Origin: an uncultured Thermoleophilia bacterium | GTDB taxonomy: Bacteria > Actinomycetota > Thermoleophilia > UBA2241 | DNA: 64,000 nt | Direction of reading: 5' to 3' | Assembly (NCBI GenBank): GCA_963777895.1 | Contig: CAVZSF010000005.1 | Span: 219,725-283,724, forward strand | Shown: piece after piece, positions 9,827 to 18,635 of the stretch | How the letters are laid out: the number at the start of each line of letters is the position of its first letter | Position numbering within the stretch: position 1 is the first letter of the stretch | Position numbers and translations under genes: made by a program | Notes under the pieces: model-generated | Database searches by the model: none | Seen by the model: only the letters and a program-made list of their open reading frames with translations | What the model was told of the DNA's origin: nothing

Positions 9827-10119
9827 GATCCCTCCAGGGCGTTCTCGAGTTGGGTACGAAGCGAAGCCGCGTAGGCTGCGGCCGCCGCGGCCTCGACGAA
9901 GATCCTCGTCAGGCCGTCGCGCGAGCCGGCCAGCTCGCTGAGGAAGATGCTCATGCGGGGGATGGGGACGCCGTCCTCCGGCAGGGCGCCGTCGAGCGGC
10001 AGCTGGATCAAGGTGTCGCCGCTCAGGAAGAGGCGGTTCGCCTCGCGGCTCGAAAGCCGTACCCGGACGGTGACCTGGGTGCCCTGCTCGACGGCTGCGC
10101 TGCTGATGTCGACGTCCAC
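9823..10119 (-). CDS. hypothetical protein, translationally coupled to the Roadblock gene
   Basis: 98-aa ORF with a 4-nt overlap with the downstream Roadblock gene. No family recognised. Confidence 0.45.
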   Translation of the reverse strand: MDVDISSAAVEQGTQVTVRVRLSSREANRLFLSGDTLIQLPLDGALPEDGVPIPRMSIFLSELAGSRDGLTRIFVEAAAAAAYAASLRTQLENALEGS

Positions 10120-10169
10120 GGCGCTAGCCTAGGAGGCCCCTTCCCGTACTGCAAGCGTCGCCTTCGCTC

Positions 10170-11129
10170 TCACTGGGCCAAGGCGAGCGCGAGCTCCTGC
10201 GGCGGCCTGAGGGCGGCCTCGCGCGCCTCGTTCAGCATCGCCCGGCAGTCACGCACCGCGGGGTACGCCGAGACGCCCCACGCGAGCGTGAGGCGGTGCC
10301 CTTCGATCGGGTGGGCCGCCACCTCGTGGGCGAGGCCGGCGGCGATGGCGCGGGCCTCCGGCAGGGCCCGCTCGCGCAGGGCGACGACGAAGACGTCGTC
10401 GGCGACGCGGAAGGCGAGGTCGTCGCCGCGGAGCTGGCGCCGCAGGCGCCGCGCCACCGCGGCGACCAGGGCGTCGCTGCCCGCGCCCATGAAGTCGCGG
10501 CAGTCCTTGAAGTGCTCGAGGCGCAGATAGACGACGCTCATCGGCTCGTGGTCGGCGGCGGCGTCCGCAAGGCAGCCCTGCAGGAGCTCGTCCAGGCGCC
10601 GCCCGCTGTAGAACCCGCTGGTCTCGTCGACGCTGGCGGTCTGGCGGCGGCGCGGCGGGCGGCGCAGGCGCGCCGCGCCCGCCGCGCCGCCGCCCACCAG
10701 CGTAAGCAGCTCGACGGTCCGCAGCAGGCGGTGGCCGCCCAGCGCCGGGTCGGCGATGGCGAGCACCACGATCAAGAGCAGCGAGGGCGCCAGAAGATAC
10801 GGCCAGGTCGCGCGGGGGGATGCCGCGAGGTGGGCGAACGCGAGCACGGGGACAGAGAGGACGAGCCAGGATGCGACGCCGCCGGCCAGCGCGATCGTGA
10901 GGCCGAGCGCGAGCCAGTCCACAGCCACGAACGTGAGGGAGTAGTCCTCTCCGCGCAGGCGCGCGACCTGGAGCGAGAGTAGGGCCACGACGACCCCGGC
11001 GCCGGCGACTGCGGCGGCGGGGATCTGGCCGCCGGCGAAGCAGACGACGGCCAGCGCGGCGAAGAAGGGGAGGCGGAGCCGGCTGCGCAGCAGGGCGGGC
11101 CGCGGGGACCGACGTCGCCGCGGACTCAC
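10170..11129 (-). CDS. membrane protein with C-terminal degenerate GGDEF domain
   Basis: The N-terminal ~150 aa are hydrophobic. The C-terminus has a GGDEF-domain layout (VDETSGFYSGRRLDELL ... VYLRLEHFK ... LRGDDLAFRVADDVFVVAL), with ADDVF at the GGDEF position. Confidence 0.65.
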   Translation of the reverse strand: MSPRRRRSPRPALLRSRLRLPFFAALAVVCFAGGQIPAAAVAGAGVVVALLSLQVARLRGEDYSLTFVAVDWLALGLTIALAGGVASWLVLSVPVLAFAHLAASPRATWPYLLAPSLLLIVVLAIADPALGGHRLLRTVELLTLVGGGAAGAARLRRPPRRRQTASVDETSGFYSGRRLDELLQGCLADAAADHEPMSVVYLRLEHFKDCRDFMGAGSDALVAAVARRLRRQLRGDDLAFRVADDVFVVALRERALPEARAIAAGLAHEVAAHPIEGHRLTLAWGVSAYPAVRDCRAMLNEAREAALRPPQELALALAQ

Positions 11130-11232
11130 TGTCCCTTGACCTTGCCGGGTGTGCGCGGCCCGAGCGCGATGCGCCTCATGCCCCGGTGTTCGGCGCCCCG
11201 CTTGTGCTTCCTCCGCAGGCCCCGGTTTCGGC

Positions 11233-11238
11233 TATACT
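11233..11238 (+). promoter_or_regulatory. candidate -10 box TATACT, 9 nt upstream of the iorA GTG (possible leaderless transcript)
   Basis: An AT-rich hexamer is rare in this GC-rich context. No Shine-Dalgarno sequence lies between it and the start codon. Confidence 0.3.
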
Positions 11239-11247
11239 CTGTGCCCC

Positions 11248-13029
11248 GTGGAACGCGCCCTCTTCCTCTCCGGCAACGAAGCCGTCGCGCACGGCACAGC
11301 CCGTGCCCGGGCCGGTTTCGTGTGCGGTTACCCGGGCACGCCGTCCACCGAGATCCTCGAGACGGCCGCGACCATCCCGGAGATGCATGCGGAATGGTGC
11401 GTGAACGAGAAGGTCGCGCTCGAGACCGCCGTCGGCGCCTCGCTCGCCGGCGTCCGCAGCCTCGTGACGATGAAGCACGTGGGCCTGAACGTCGCCGCGG
11501 ACCCCTTCATGACGCTGTCGCTCACCGGCGTGAACGCCGGCGTCGTCGTCGTCTCGGCCGACGACCCCGGAATGCATTCCTCGCAGAACGAGCAGGACAA
11601 CCGGAACTTCGCCAGGTTCGCCAAGGTGCCGATGATCGAGCCGGCCGACAGCCAGGAGGCGTACGACTTCGTGGCCGAGGCCTTCGCCCTGTCGGAGGAG
11701 TTCGACACCCCGGTGCTGCTGCGTTCGACGACGCGCCTTTCGCACGGCAGGGGGCGCGTCGTGCCCCGCGTGCCGGTCGAGCTGCCGCCGCGCGAGTACG
11801 CGCGGGACATCGCGAAGTACGTGATGGTCCCGCAGTACGCGCGGCGGCGCAACAAGCTCGTGCTCGACCGTCTGCAGCGGCTGCGCCGGCGCAGCGAGGA
11901 ATCGCCTCTCAACGTACTCGAGGCCGGCACCGTCGACTTCGGCATCATCGCTTCGGGTGTGACCTACCAGTACGCTCGCGAGGCCTTCCCCAAGGCCTGG
12001 TTCCTCAAGCTGGGCATGTCGCACCCCCTTCCGTACGCGAAGATCGCCCGTATGTATGACTCGGTGTCGCGCGTCGCCGTAGTCGAGGAGCTCGACTCGT
12101 TCATCGAGGACCAGGTGCGCGCTCTCGGGCTGCCCGTGATCGGCAAGGAAGCCATCCCCGCGGACGGCGAGCTGGACCAGGAGCTCGTCTTCGCGGCGCT
12201 CGAGCCGTTCGTGTCGCGGCCGGCGCCGCGGCGCCGGCGCCCGGTCATGCCGCCGGCGCCGCGCGTCGCTCCCGTGCCTGAGAAGGCGCCCGAGCTCCCC
12301 GTGCGTCCCCCCGTGCTGTGCCCGGGCTGCACGCACCGCTCCGTCTACACCGCGCTTCAGGGCCGCAAGCTGACCCCGCTCGGCGACATCGGCTGCTACA
12401 CCCTGGGCGCGCTGCCGCCGTTGCTCGCCCTCGACAGCTGCCTCTGCATGGGCGCCAGCGTCGGCATGATGGCGGGCTTCAACAAGGCCCTGGGCCGTAA
12501 GGCCGCCGCCGCGGTGATCGGGGACTCGACCTTCTTCCACAGCGGCGTCACACCGCTCATCGACGCCTTCTACAACGAGTGCGAAGGCATCGTCCTCGTG
12601 CTCGACAATCGCACGACGGCGATGACCGGACACCAGGGTCACCCCGGGACGGGCCTGCGACCCGACCGCACCCAGGGCCCGTCCGTCGACATCCAGCGAC
12701 TCTGCGAGGGCATCGGGGTGCGCTGCGCTACCGTGGACGCCACCGACCACCAGGCGCTCGACGCCGCCATCAAGCGCGAAGCGGCGGCTCCCGGGCTGGG
12801 CGTTATCGTGGCGCTCGCCCCCTGCGTGCTGATGACCCGCGAGAAGGCCGGCACGGTGGTCGTGGACGAGGACCGCTGCAACCTTTGCGGGCTCTGCCTC
12901 GACCTCGGGTGTCCCGCGCTGGCGCCCGGCGAGATCGCCGTGAGCATGACCGACGCCTGCCCCGGATGCGGCCTCTGCATCGAGGTGTGCAAGCGCGGCG
13001 CTCTCTCGTACGCGCAGGCGACGGCGTGA
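11248..13029 (+). CDS. iorA: indolepyruvate:ferredoxin oxidoreductase alpha subunit
   Basis: LSGNEAVAHG, GYPGTPSTEILE, MHSSQNEQDNR, the TPP-binding region GDSTFFHSG, and a C-terminal ferredoxin motif CNLCGLCLDLGCP ... CPGCGLCIEVC. Confidence 0.85.
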   Translation: MERALFLSGNEAVAHGTARARAGFVCGYPGTPSTEILETAATIPEMHAEWCVNEKVALETAVGASLAGVRSLVTMKHVGLNVAADPFMTLSLTGVNAGVVVVSADDPGMHSSQNEQDNRNFARFAKVPMIEPADSQEAYDFVAEAFALSEEFDTPVLLRSTTRLSHGRGRVVPRVPVELPPREYARDIAKYVMVPQYARRRNKLVLDRLQRLRRRSEESPLNVLEAGTVDFGIIASGVTYQYAREAFPKAWFLKLGMSHPLPYAKIARMYDSVSRVAVVEELDSFIEDQVRALGLPVIGKEAIPADGELDQELVFAALEPFVSRPAPRRRRPVMPPAPRVAPVPEKAPELPVRPPVLCPGCTHRSVYTALQGRKLTPLGDIGCYTLGALPPLLALDSCLCMGASVGMMAGFNKALGRKAAAAVIGDSTFFHSGVTPLIDAFYNECEGIVLVLDNRTTAMTGHQGHPGTGLRPDRTQGPSVDIQRLCEGIGVRCATVDATDHQALDAAIKREAAAPGLGVIVALAPCVLMTREKAGTVVVDEDRCNLCGLCLDLGCPALAPGEIAVSMTDACPGCGLCIEVCKRGALSYAQATA

Positions 13030-13619
13030 ACAGCACGACCACCGTCTCGCTCGTCGGCGTCGGCGGCCAGGGCATCCTGCTCGCCGCCGCGGTGCTGGCG
13101 GAGGCGGCGATGGCAGAGGGCCTCGACGTGAAGGCGAGCGAGGTCAAGGGAATGGCCCAGCGAGGCGGCAGCGTGCTCTCGACGGTGCGCTTCGGCAGGC
13201 ATGTGTACTCGCCCGTCGCGTCGCACGCCGATGTCGTCTACGCGACCGAGCTGCTCGAGGCCCATCGGGGCCTCGCCCTGCTCGGTCAGCGCGGCACCCT
13301 GGTAAGCGCGACCACGCGCATACTGCCCGGCAGCGTGCTGCGCGGGGAGGAAGCCTACCCGGAGGAGCTGGAGGCCGCCGCGCGTAAGCGGGGCGTCCAG
13401 CTCCTGCTCGTCGACGCCGAAGCGCTCGCGCTCGAGGCCGGCAACGCCCGCGCCGTGAACGTCGCTCTGCTCGGCGCCACCGCCGGCCTGCTGCCGTTCT
13501 CGCAGGCGGCCTGGGACCGCGGCCTGGAGGCCGCGGTCCCAGGCAGGATCCTCGAAGTCAACCGCCGCGCCTTCGCGCTTGGTCGCGCGGCCGTCGCCAC
13601 GCAGGAGGTCTCGCGTTGA
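13026..13619 (+). CDS. iorB: indolepyruvate:ferredoxin oxidoreductase beta subunit
   Basis: LVGVGGQGILLAA ... ASEVKGMAQRGGSV. GTGA overlap with iorA. Confidence 0.85.
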   Translation: MNSTTTVSLVGVGGQGILLAAAVLAEAAMAEGLDVKASEVKGMAQRGGSVLSTVRFGRHVYSPVASHADVVYATELLEAHRGLALLGQRGTLVSATTRILPGSVLRGEEAYPEELEAAARKRGVQLLLVDAEALALEAGNARAVNVALLGATAGLLPFSQAAWDRGLEAAVPGRILEVNRRAFALGRAAVATQEVSR

Positions 13620-14029
13620 AGGTCACCCAGCTCACCGTGTTCCTCGAGAACCGCAGCGGCCGCCTCGCCGAGATCGCCGACCTCATCGGACAGGCCGGCA
13701 TCAACATCCGCGGCTTTTCGACCACCGAAGCCGCCGAGTACGGCATCGTCCGCCTCATCGTTGCCGAGCCCGAAAGGGCCCGCGACCTGCTCCACGAGGC
13801 CGGGTTCACCACGCACTTCTCGCACGTCATCTGCGTCCACGTGCCGGACGAGCCCGGCGGCCTCGCGCGCGTCCTCGACGAGCTCGCGAAGTCCGGGGTC
13901 TCGATCGACTACCTCTACAGCATCTCCTTCCAGAACATCTGCTTCGCCGTGCGCGACGTCGACCGCGCCATCGAGCTCCTCAAGGACAAAGTCACGCTGC
14001 TGACCGACGAGGAGGTGCGGAGCCTGTGA
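13616..14029 (+). CDS. ACT domain-containing protein
   Basis: Two ACT-like repeats (LTVFLENRSGRLAEIADLIGQAGINIRG; VHVPDEPGGLARVLDELAKSGVSIDY). It occupies the position between iorB and paaK that is typical of such clusters. Confidence 0.75.
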   Translation: MKVTQLTVFLENRSGRLAEIADLIGQAGINIRGFSTTEAAEYGIVRLIVAEPERARDLLHEAGFTTHFSHVICVHVPDEPGGLARVLDELAKSGVSIDYLYSISFQNICFAVRDVDRAIELLKDKVTLLTDEEVRSL

Positions 14030-15429
14030 CTACCCGCCGCAGGCAAGCTAGCGAGCGGGGCGCCGAAGGTGCACCGCTCACAACGGCTACGCGCGAGGAG
14101 CATCTGGTCCCCGACGCGGCCGGCGGTCTGCTCTGGCAGCCGGCCGACGAGACCCTGCCGACGCCGCAGCTCGGGGAGCGCCAGATCGAGCGGCTGCGTG
14201 CGACGCTGCGCAACGCCTACGAGCACATCCCCTTCTACCAGAAGAAGCTCGACGGGTTGGGCATCAAGCCCGACGACGTGGCCTGCCACGGCGACCTCGC
14301 CGACCTGCCCTTCACCACCAAGATCGACCTGCGCGACCACTATCCCTTCGGGATGTTCGCGCGGCCTCGCGAGGAGATCGTGCGCGTCCACGCGAGCTCG
14401 GGCACGACGGGCAATCCGACGACGGTGGGCTATACGCGCGCCGACATCGACACGTGGGGCGACCTCATCGCGCGCACCCTGGCCGCCGGCGGCGTGAAGC
14501 CCGGCGACCTGCTGCAGAACGCTTACGGCTACGGGCTCTTCACCGGCGGCCTCGGCCTGCATTTCGGCGCCGAGCGGCTGGGCTGCACGGTCGTGCCGAT
14601 CTCTGGCGGCAACACCGAGCGGCAGCTCAAGATCATGCGCGACTTCGGGGCGACGGCGCTGAGCTGCACGCCCTCCTACGCCATGTACCTGGCCGACGCG
14701 GCGCGCGACCGTGGACTGCGTCCCGACGATCTGCCGATCCGTGTCGGCTTCCACGGCGCCGAACCGTGGACGAACGAGATGCGCACGCTCATCGAGGCCG
14801 GACTCGGCATCGACGCCCTCGACATCTACGGGCTCTCCGAGATGGGCGGCCCCGGGGTCGCCTTCGAGTGTCTGTGCAAGGGCGGGATGCACATCAACGA
14901 GGACCACTACCTGGCCGAGATCATCGACCCGGAGACCCTGCGTCCGCTGCCCGAGGGCGAGGTGGGCGAGCTCGTCTTTACGACCCTCTCACGAGAGGCG
15001 CAGCCCCTGATCCGCTATCGCACGCGCGACCTGTGCAGCCTCTCCTCGGAGCCCTGCGCGTGCGGCCGTACCTCGGCGCGCATGAGCAAGCCGATCGGCC
15101 GCAGCGACGACATGCTCATCATCCGGGGCGTCAACGTCTTCCCGAGCCAGATCGAGGAAGTCCTGATGGGCATCCCGGAGATCGAGCCCCACTATCAGAT
15201 CGTGGTCGACCGCAAGGGCTACCTCGACGTGATCGAGGTCTGGGTCGAGGTGGGCGAGGACATCTTCGCGGAGACCATGGGCGACCTCGAGCGCTTCCAG
15301 CGCAAGGTCCAGGGCCAGATCTACAACGTGCTCAACATCCAGGCCGCGGTCAAGCTCAAGGAGCCCAAGACCATCCAGCGCTCCGAGGGTAAGGCCGTGC
15401 GGGTCATCGACCGGCGGAAGCAGGCCTAG
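14026..15429 (+). CDS. paaK: phenylacetate-CoA ligase family (aryl-acetate:CoA ligase)
   Basis: FYQKKLDGLGI, LPFTTKIDLRDHYPFGMFA, HASSGTTGNPT, AYGYGLFTGGLG, FHGAEPW and DDMLIIRGVNVFPSQIE. GTGA overlap with the ACT gene. Confidence 0.85.
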   Translation: MTTRRRQASERGAEGAPLTTATREEHLVPDAAGGLLWQPADETLPTPQLGERQIERLRATLRNAYEHIPFYQKKLDGLGIKPDDVACHGDLADLPFTTKIDLRDHYPFGMFARPREEIVRVHASSGTTGNPTTVGYTRADIDTWGDLIARTLAAGGVKPGDLLQNAYGYGLFTGGLGLHFGAERLGCTVVPISGGNTERQLKIMRDFGATALSCTPSYAMYLADAARDRGLRPDDLPIRVGFHGAEPWTNEMRTLIEAGLGIDALDIYGLSEMGGPGVAFECLCKGGMHINEDHYLAEIIDPETLRPLPEGEVGELVFTTLSREAQPLIRYRTRDLCSLSSEPCACGRTSARMSKPIGRSDDMLIIRGVNVFPSQIEEVLMGIPEIEPHYQIVVDRKGYLDVIEVWVEVGEDIFAETMGDLERFQRKVQGQIYNVLNIQAAVKLKEPKTIQRSEGKAVRVIDRRKQA

Positions 15430-15436
15430 GCGACGG

Positions 15437-15475
15437 GGCGGGGGCCGGCCGCAGGCCGGCCCCCGCCTTCTTCTT
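15437..15475 (+). terminator. intrinsic terminator-like hairpin after paaK
   Basis: Perfect 14-bp GC stem (GGCGGGGGCCGGCC / GGCCGGCCCCCGCC) with a 3-nt loop, followed by TTCTTCTT. Confidence 0.6.
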
Positions 15476-16039
15476 ATGACGGCCCGGCTCATCTACCCGT
15501 TGCGCACCGAGCGGCTGCTGTTGCGGCCCTACGGCGAGGACGACCTCGACGAGCTGGCCGGGGTCTTCACTGATCCCGAGGTGATGCGCTTCGTGGGGAG
15601 CGGCGCGCGGACGCGCGAGCAGACGGCCGAGGTCATCGTCCAGGCGAACGCGCACGAGCGTGAGCACGGCTTCAGCGTGTGGGCGGTGATCGAGGCGGCC
15701 ACCGGGCGCCTGCTCGGCGAGTGCGGGCTGAACCTGCTCGATGGCACCGGTCCCCGGGTCGAGGTCGGGTATGTCCTCGGGCGCGCGTTCTGGGGTCGCG
15801 GCTACGCGACCGAGGCCGCGCGCGAGAGCCTGCGAGCCGGCTTCGTCGAGCTCTGCCTGCCTTCGATCGTCGCGGTCGCGGACCCGCGCAACTTCGCCTC
15901 TCTGCACGTCATCGACAAGCTGGGGATGCGCTACCTGGGCGCGGAGTGGCACTACGGCGCCGATCTCGCGACGTATGTGCTCGACGGCAAGGACTGGGGG
16001 GCAAAGTGTTCGAAGGGCCGGGGCCTGTCCTCGCGCTGA
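15476..16039 (+). CDS. GNAT family N-acetyltransferase (RimJ/RimL-like)
   Basis: ERLLLRPY..DDL ... FWGRGYATEAARE pattern. Confidence 0.75.
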   Translation: MTARLIYPLRTERLLLRPYGEDDLDELAGVFTDPEVMRFVGSGARTREQTAEVIVQANAHEREHGFSVWAVIEAATGRLLGECGLNLLDGTGPRVEVGYVLGRAFWGRGYATEAARESLRAGFVELCLPSIVAVADPRNFASLHVIDKLGMRYLGAEWHYGADLATYVLDGKDWGAKCSKGRGLSSR

Positions 16040-16117
16040 GGCGCCGCTCGTGCGGGATGTCCTCGGCAAGAGCCGCCGGCCTGAGCGCCCCGTGTCGTTG
16101 AGCGCGCTCACGGCCCC

Positions 16118-16123
16118 TATACT
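16118..16123 (+). promoter_or_regulatory. candidate -10 box TATACT, 6 nt upstream of the AOR ATG (possible leaderless transcript)
   Basis: Same hexamer as upstream of iorA. No Shine-Dalgarno sequence. Confidence 0.3.
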
Positions 16124-16129
16124 GGCTGC

Positions 16130-17950
16130 ATGAGCGCCGTCACCAGCCTTTGTCCGCTTCGCGGTCTGCGGTTCGACCTGAGCAACGGGCATGGCACGGA
16201 AGAGGAGCTGCCCGTCGAGGCGGCGCGCGCCTTCCTGGGCGGGCGCGGCCTCGGCGCGCTGATCGCGCTGCGCGAGCGGCTGTACGAGGTCGAGCCGCTC
16301 GCGCCCGAGAACCTCCTTGTGTTCGCGCCGGGTCCGCTCACGGGCACCGGCGCCCCGGCCAGCGGCCGCTACAGCGTCACGAGCCGCTCACCGCTCACCG
16401 GCACCGTCTTCGACGGCAACTCCGGGGGCAACTGGGGCAACGCCTTCCGCCACCTGGGCTACGACTACCTGATCGTGGGCGGGTCCTGCGATGCTCCCTC
16501 GTATCTCATCGTCGACGAGCGCGGGGCCGAGCTGCGGCCGGCCGGCGAGCTCTGGGGCCTCGACGTGCCGGCCTCGCTCACGCGGCTGCGCGAGCTGCAC
16601 GCGGGCGGCGAGGCCGCCGTCATCGGCCCGGCCGGGGAGCGCGGCGTGCTGTTCGCGTCCATCGTCAACAACCGTGGCCGGTCGATCGGACGCGGAGGGC
16701 TGGGCGCCGTCATGGGGGCCAAGCGCCTCAAGGCGGTAGTGGTGACCGGGGGAGGCGCACGCAAGCCCGTCGTGGCCGACCCGGACAGGCTGGCGTTCGT
16801 CGCCTACGAGGCCGACAAGCTGCTGAAGGCCAACCCGATCACGTCGCAGGCGCTTCCCGAGTTCGGCACCTCGGTGCTCGTCAATGTGCTCGATCAGGCC
16901 GGCGCCCTGCCCACGCGCAACTACAGGGAGTCGCAGTTCGAACACGCGCAGGCGATCTCGGGTGAGGCGCTGCGGCGCGACTTCGTCCAGCGCCGCAGCG
17001 CCTGCCGCGGCTGCGGCATCGGCTGCGCCCGGCGCACTTCGACCGCGGCGGCCTCAGGTGAGGGTCCGGAGTACGAGACTATCTGGGCGCTTGGCGCCGA
17101 CTGTGGGGTCGGCGACCTGCGCGCCATCGTCGAGGCCAACTACGCCTGCAATCGCGCCGGCATGGACACCATCACGATGGGTTCGACGATCGCCTGCGCC
17201 ATGGAGCTCGCGGAGGATGACGCCCTGCCGGACGGTCCCCGTTTCGGGGACGCCGCCACCGTCGTCGCTCTGTGCGAGGCGACCGCGCGCGGCGAGGGTC
17301 TCGGCGAGGAGCTCGGGCAGGGTTCGGCGCGCCTGGCGGTGCGGCACGGCCGGCCCGAGCTCAGCATGTCGGTGAAGGGCCTGGAGATGCCGGCCTACGA
17401 CCCCAGGGGCATGAAGGCGCAGGGCCTCGCCTACGCCACCTCCAACCGGGGCGGCTGCCATCTGAGGGCGAACATGCTCGGTCCCGAGATCCTCGGCGTG
17501 CCCAAGATGGTCGACCGCTTCGCCACGCTCGGGAAGGCCGGCCTGCTCATCAACCTCCAGAACCTGAACGCGGTGCTCGACTCGCTGAGCGTCTGCAAGT
17601 TCACCGCCTTCGCCATGAAGGAGGACTACTACGCCCGACTGCTGAGCGCCGTGTGGGGCGAGACCGTCGAGCCGCAGGAGCTGCTCCAGCTGGGCGAGCG
17701 CATCTGGAACGCGGAGCGGCTCTTCAACCTGGCCGCCGGGTTTGCCCGCGCCGACGACACCCTGCCGCCGCGCCTCCTGAGCGAGCCGGTCCAGACTGGG
17801 CCCGCGAAAGGCCACGTCGTAGACTTGCCGCCGATGCTGGACGAGTACTACCTATCGCGCGGCTGGGACGGCGACGGCCGGCCCACGCCGGCAAAGCTGG
17901 GGCGGCTGGGGCTCACCGAGCTCGCCGCCGCGGCGGGCGCCGTCTCGTGA
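16130..17950 (+). CDS. aldehyde:ferredoxin oxidoreductase family (tungstopterin enzyme)
   Basis: 606 aa. The N-terminal FLGGRGLGA, the SPLTG..FDGNSGG region, GLEMPAYDPRG, CHLRA and the C-terminal YYLSRGWD are all characteristic of the AOR family. Confidence 0.85.
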   Translation: MSAVTSLCPLRGLRFDLSNGHGTEEELPVEAARAFLGGRGLGALIALRERLYEVEPLAPENLLVFAPGPLTGTGAPASGRYSVTSRSPLTGTVFDGNSGGNWGNAFRHLGYDYLIVGGSCDAPSYLIVDERGAELRPAGELWGLDVPASLTRLRELHAGGEAAVIGPAGERGVLFASIVNNRGRSIGRGGLGAVMGAKRLKAVVVTGGGARKPVVADPDRLAFVAYEADKLLKANPITSQALPEFGTSVLVNVLDQAGALPTRNYRESQFEHAQAISGEALRRDFVQRRSACRGCGIGCARRTSTAAASGEGPEYETIWALGADCGVGDLRAIVEANYACNRAGMDTITMGSTIACAMELAEDDALPDGPRFGDAATVVALCEATARGEGLGEELGQGSARLAVRHGRPELSMSVKGLEMPAYDPRGMKAQGLAYATSNRGGCHLRANMLGPEILGVPKMVDRFATLGKAGLLINLQNLNAVLDSLSVCKFTAFAMKEDYYARLLSAVWGETVEPQELLQLGERIWNAERLFNLAAGFARADDTLPPRLLSEPVQTGPAKGHVVDLPPMLDEYYLSRGWDGDGRPTPAKLGRLGLTELAAAAGAVS

Positions 17951-18555
17951 GCTCGGCCGTCGTCGAGCAGTTCGCCCGCATCGGCCGGGACCTCTTCGTC
18001 GCCGGCCTCATCAGCTCCCACGGCGGCAACATGAGCGTGCGCCAGGGCGACCGCATCCTCATCACGCGCCGGGGCTCGATGCTCGCGCAGCTCGAGGAGC
18101 GCGACGTCATTGAGACGGGGCTGGACGAGAACGACGCCAATGTGATGTTGGCCTCGACCGAGATCGGCGTGCATCGCGCGATCTACCAGGCCACCTCCGC
18201 CCTGGCGATCGTCCACACGCACCCGCCCTATGCCATCGCCCAGTCGCTCGTGAAGGACGAGATCGTGCCGGTCGACAGCGAGGGCTCCTACCTGCTGCAC
18301 AAGGTGCCGGTGGTCCAGACCGAGCTGACCGCCGGCTCGAAGGAGGTGGCCGAGGTCTTGCCCCGCTGGCTCAAGGAGTACGACATCGTCCTCCTGCGCG
18401 GCCACGGGCCCTTCGCCATCGGCCACCTGCTCGAAGAGGCCTACCAGCTCACCAGCGTGCTCGAGATGACGTGCCGCATCCTCACCATCGCCGAGAGCAT
18501 GGGAGCGGAGGTCAAGGAGTACCGCAAGGGCAGCGACCAGTACAGGAGCTGGTAG
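17947..18555 (+). CDS. class II aldolase/adducin family protein
   Basis: SSHGGNMSVR, VHTHPPYA and LLRGHGPFAIG motifs. GTGA overlap with the AOR gene. Confidence 0.75.
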   Translation: MSSAVVEQFARIGRDLFVAGLISSHGGNMSVRQGDRILITRRGSMLAQLEERDVIETGLDENDANVMLASTEIGVHRAIYQATSALAIVHTHPPYAIAQSLVKDEIVPVDSEGSYLLHKVPVVQTELTAGSKEVAEVLPRWLKEYDIVLLRGHGPFAIGHLLEEAYQLTSVLEMTCRILTIAESMGAEVKEYRKGSDQYRSW

Positions 18556-18635
18556 CCCGCCCCAGCGCCCCGGGGTCGCGGTCGCTGCCGTCGCGCCAGC
18601 GCCGCGGGCTGGCGGAAGAGCCTCTCAGCGGCCTG

